DNA of 62,556 nt, counting the filler, from Choristocarpus tenellus KU-1152 (taxonomy: Eukaryota; Protista; Phaeophyceae): assembly GCA_964200185.2 (NCBI GenBank). It is 13 parts of 13 records of this genome, joined end to end, with 100 filler letters (N's around TTAATTAATTAA, not from the genome) between each part and the next. Parts side by side here need not be neighbours in the genome. Positions count along the whole stretch, not along the records: positions 59,864 to 62,556 come from CAXNAD020025596.1; 12 more parts are not named here. One strand, given 5' to 3'. The translations under genes and the position numbers were made by a program. Positions 62,486 to 62,556 of this stretch are shown one piece after another. Below the pieces are notes generated by a model. It was not told the origin of the DNA, ran no database searches, and worked only from the letters and a program-made list of their open reading frames with translations. Every line of letters starts with the position of its first letter. Positions within the stretch are counted from its first letter, which is position 1.

Positions 62486-62556
62486 TGTGCAAATTACCTT
62501 GGGAGGTAATGCTATTTGTTAGTAGTGAAGATAAGAAGGTGTGAAGCCTCACACGA
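62486..62556 (-). repeat. 5' LTR, inner 71 bp
   Basis: TGTGCAAATTAC followed by 59 bp identical to the contig start. Confidence 0.85.

Larger units (their letters stand above)
59864..62556 (-). mobile_element. Internally deleted Ty1/Copia LTR retrotransposon with both LTRs partly visible
   Basis: 59864-59922 is identical to 62498-62556; LTR termini TGTGCAAA...TTTGCACA; PBS and PPT present; gag, protease, RT and RNase H remnants. Confidence 0.92.

Noticed and set aside
59864-62556. Circular plasmid or virus suggested by the terminal direct repeat
   Set aside because: The repeat lies inside LTRs bounded by PBS and PPT, so a Copia element explains it.

Overview
Eukaryotic genomic DNA, not prokaryotic. 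The window is 13 short contigs joined by 12 artificial 100-bp linkers (N44-TTAATTAATTAA-N44, stops in all six frames), so neighbouring contigs are not known to be adjacent in the genome. Short exons (mostly ~90-210 bp) in introns of mostly ~1-1.7 kb, many interstitial TTAGGG runs and the style of the Copia integrases suggest a brown alga or close stramenopile relative (inference only). Host-gene fragments recovered by reading splice sites by hand: a 4-exon ankyrin-repeat protein, two exons of tripeptidyl-peptidase II, two exons of a bestrophin-like (UPF0187) channel, two exons of a cyclic-nucleotide-binding-domain protein, a Ser/Thr kinase, an EF-hand exon and several orphan exons. The rest is mostly transposon-derived. 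It includes a degenerate Ty3/Gypsy element whose Gag carries a CCCH-type finger, nested Copia fragments, and an internally deleted two-LTR Copia element with a half-tRNA-type PBS and an out-of-order double zinc knuckle. There is also a 747-bp Stowaway-like fold-back element, a ~150-bp TA-flanked hairpin MITE family, and about 15 copies or fragments of a MITE group sharing the terminus G(A/G)(G/C)T(C/G)AAAGTA(TCT), mostly with a subterminal GTCCATTTGGGG motif. Several minisatellites are present. No rRNA, tRNA or CRISPR array is supported. I cannot demonstrate a new biological system; the best leads are the MITE group, the fold-back element, the chimeric Copia, the CCCH-Gag and the nested exon-like module in the TPP2 intron.
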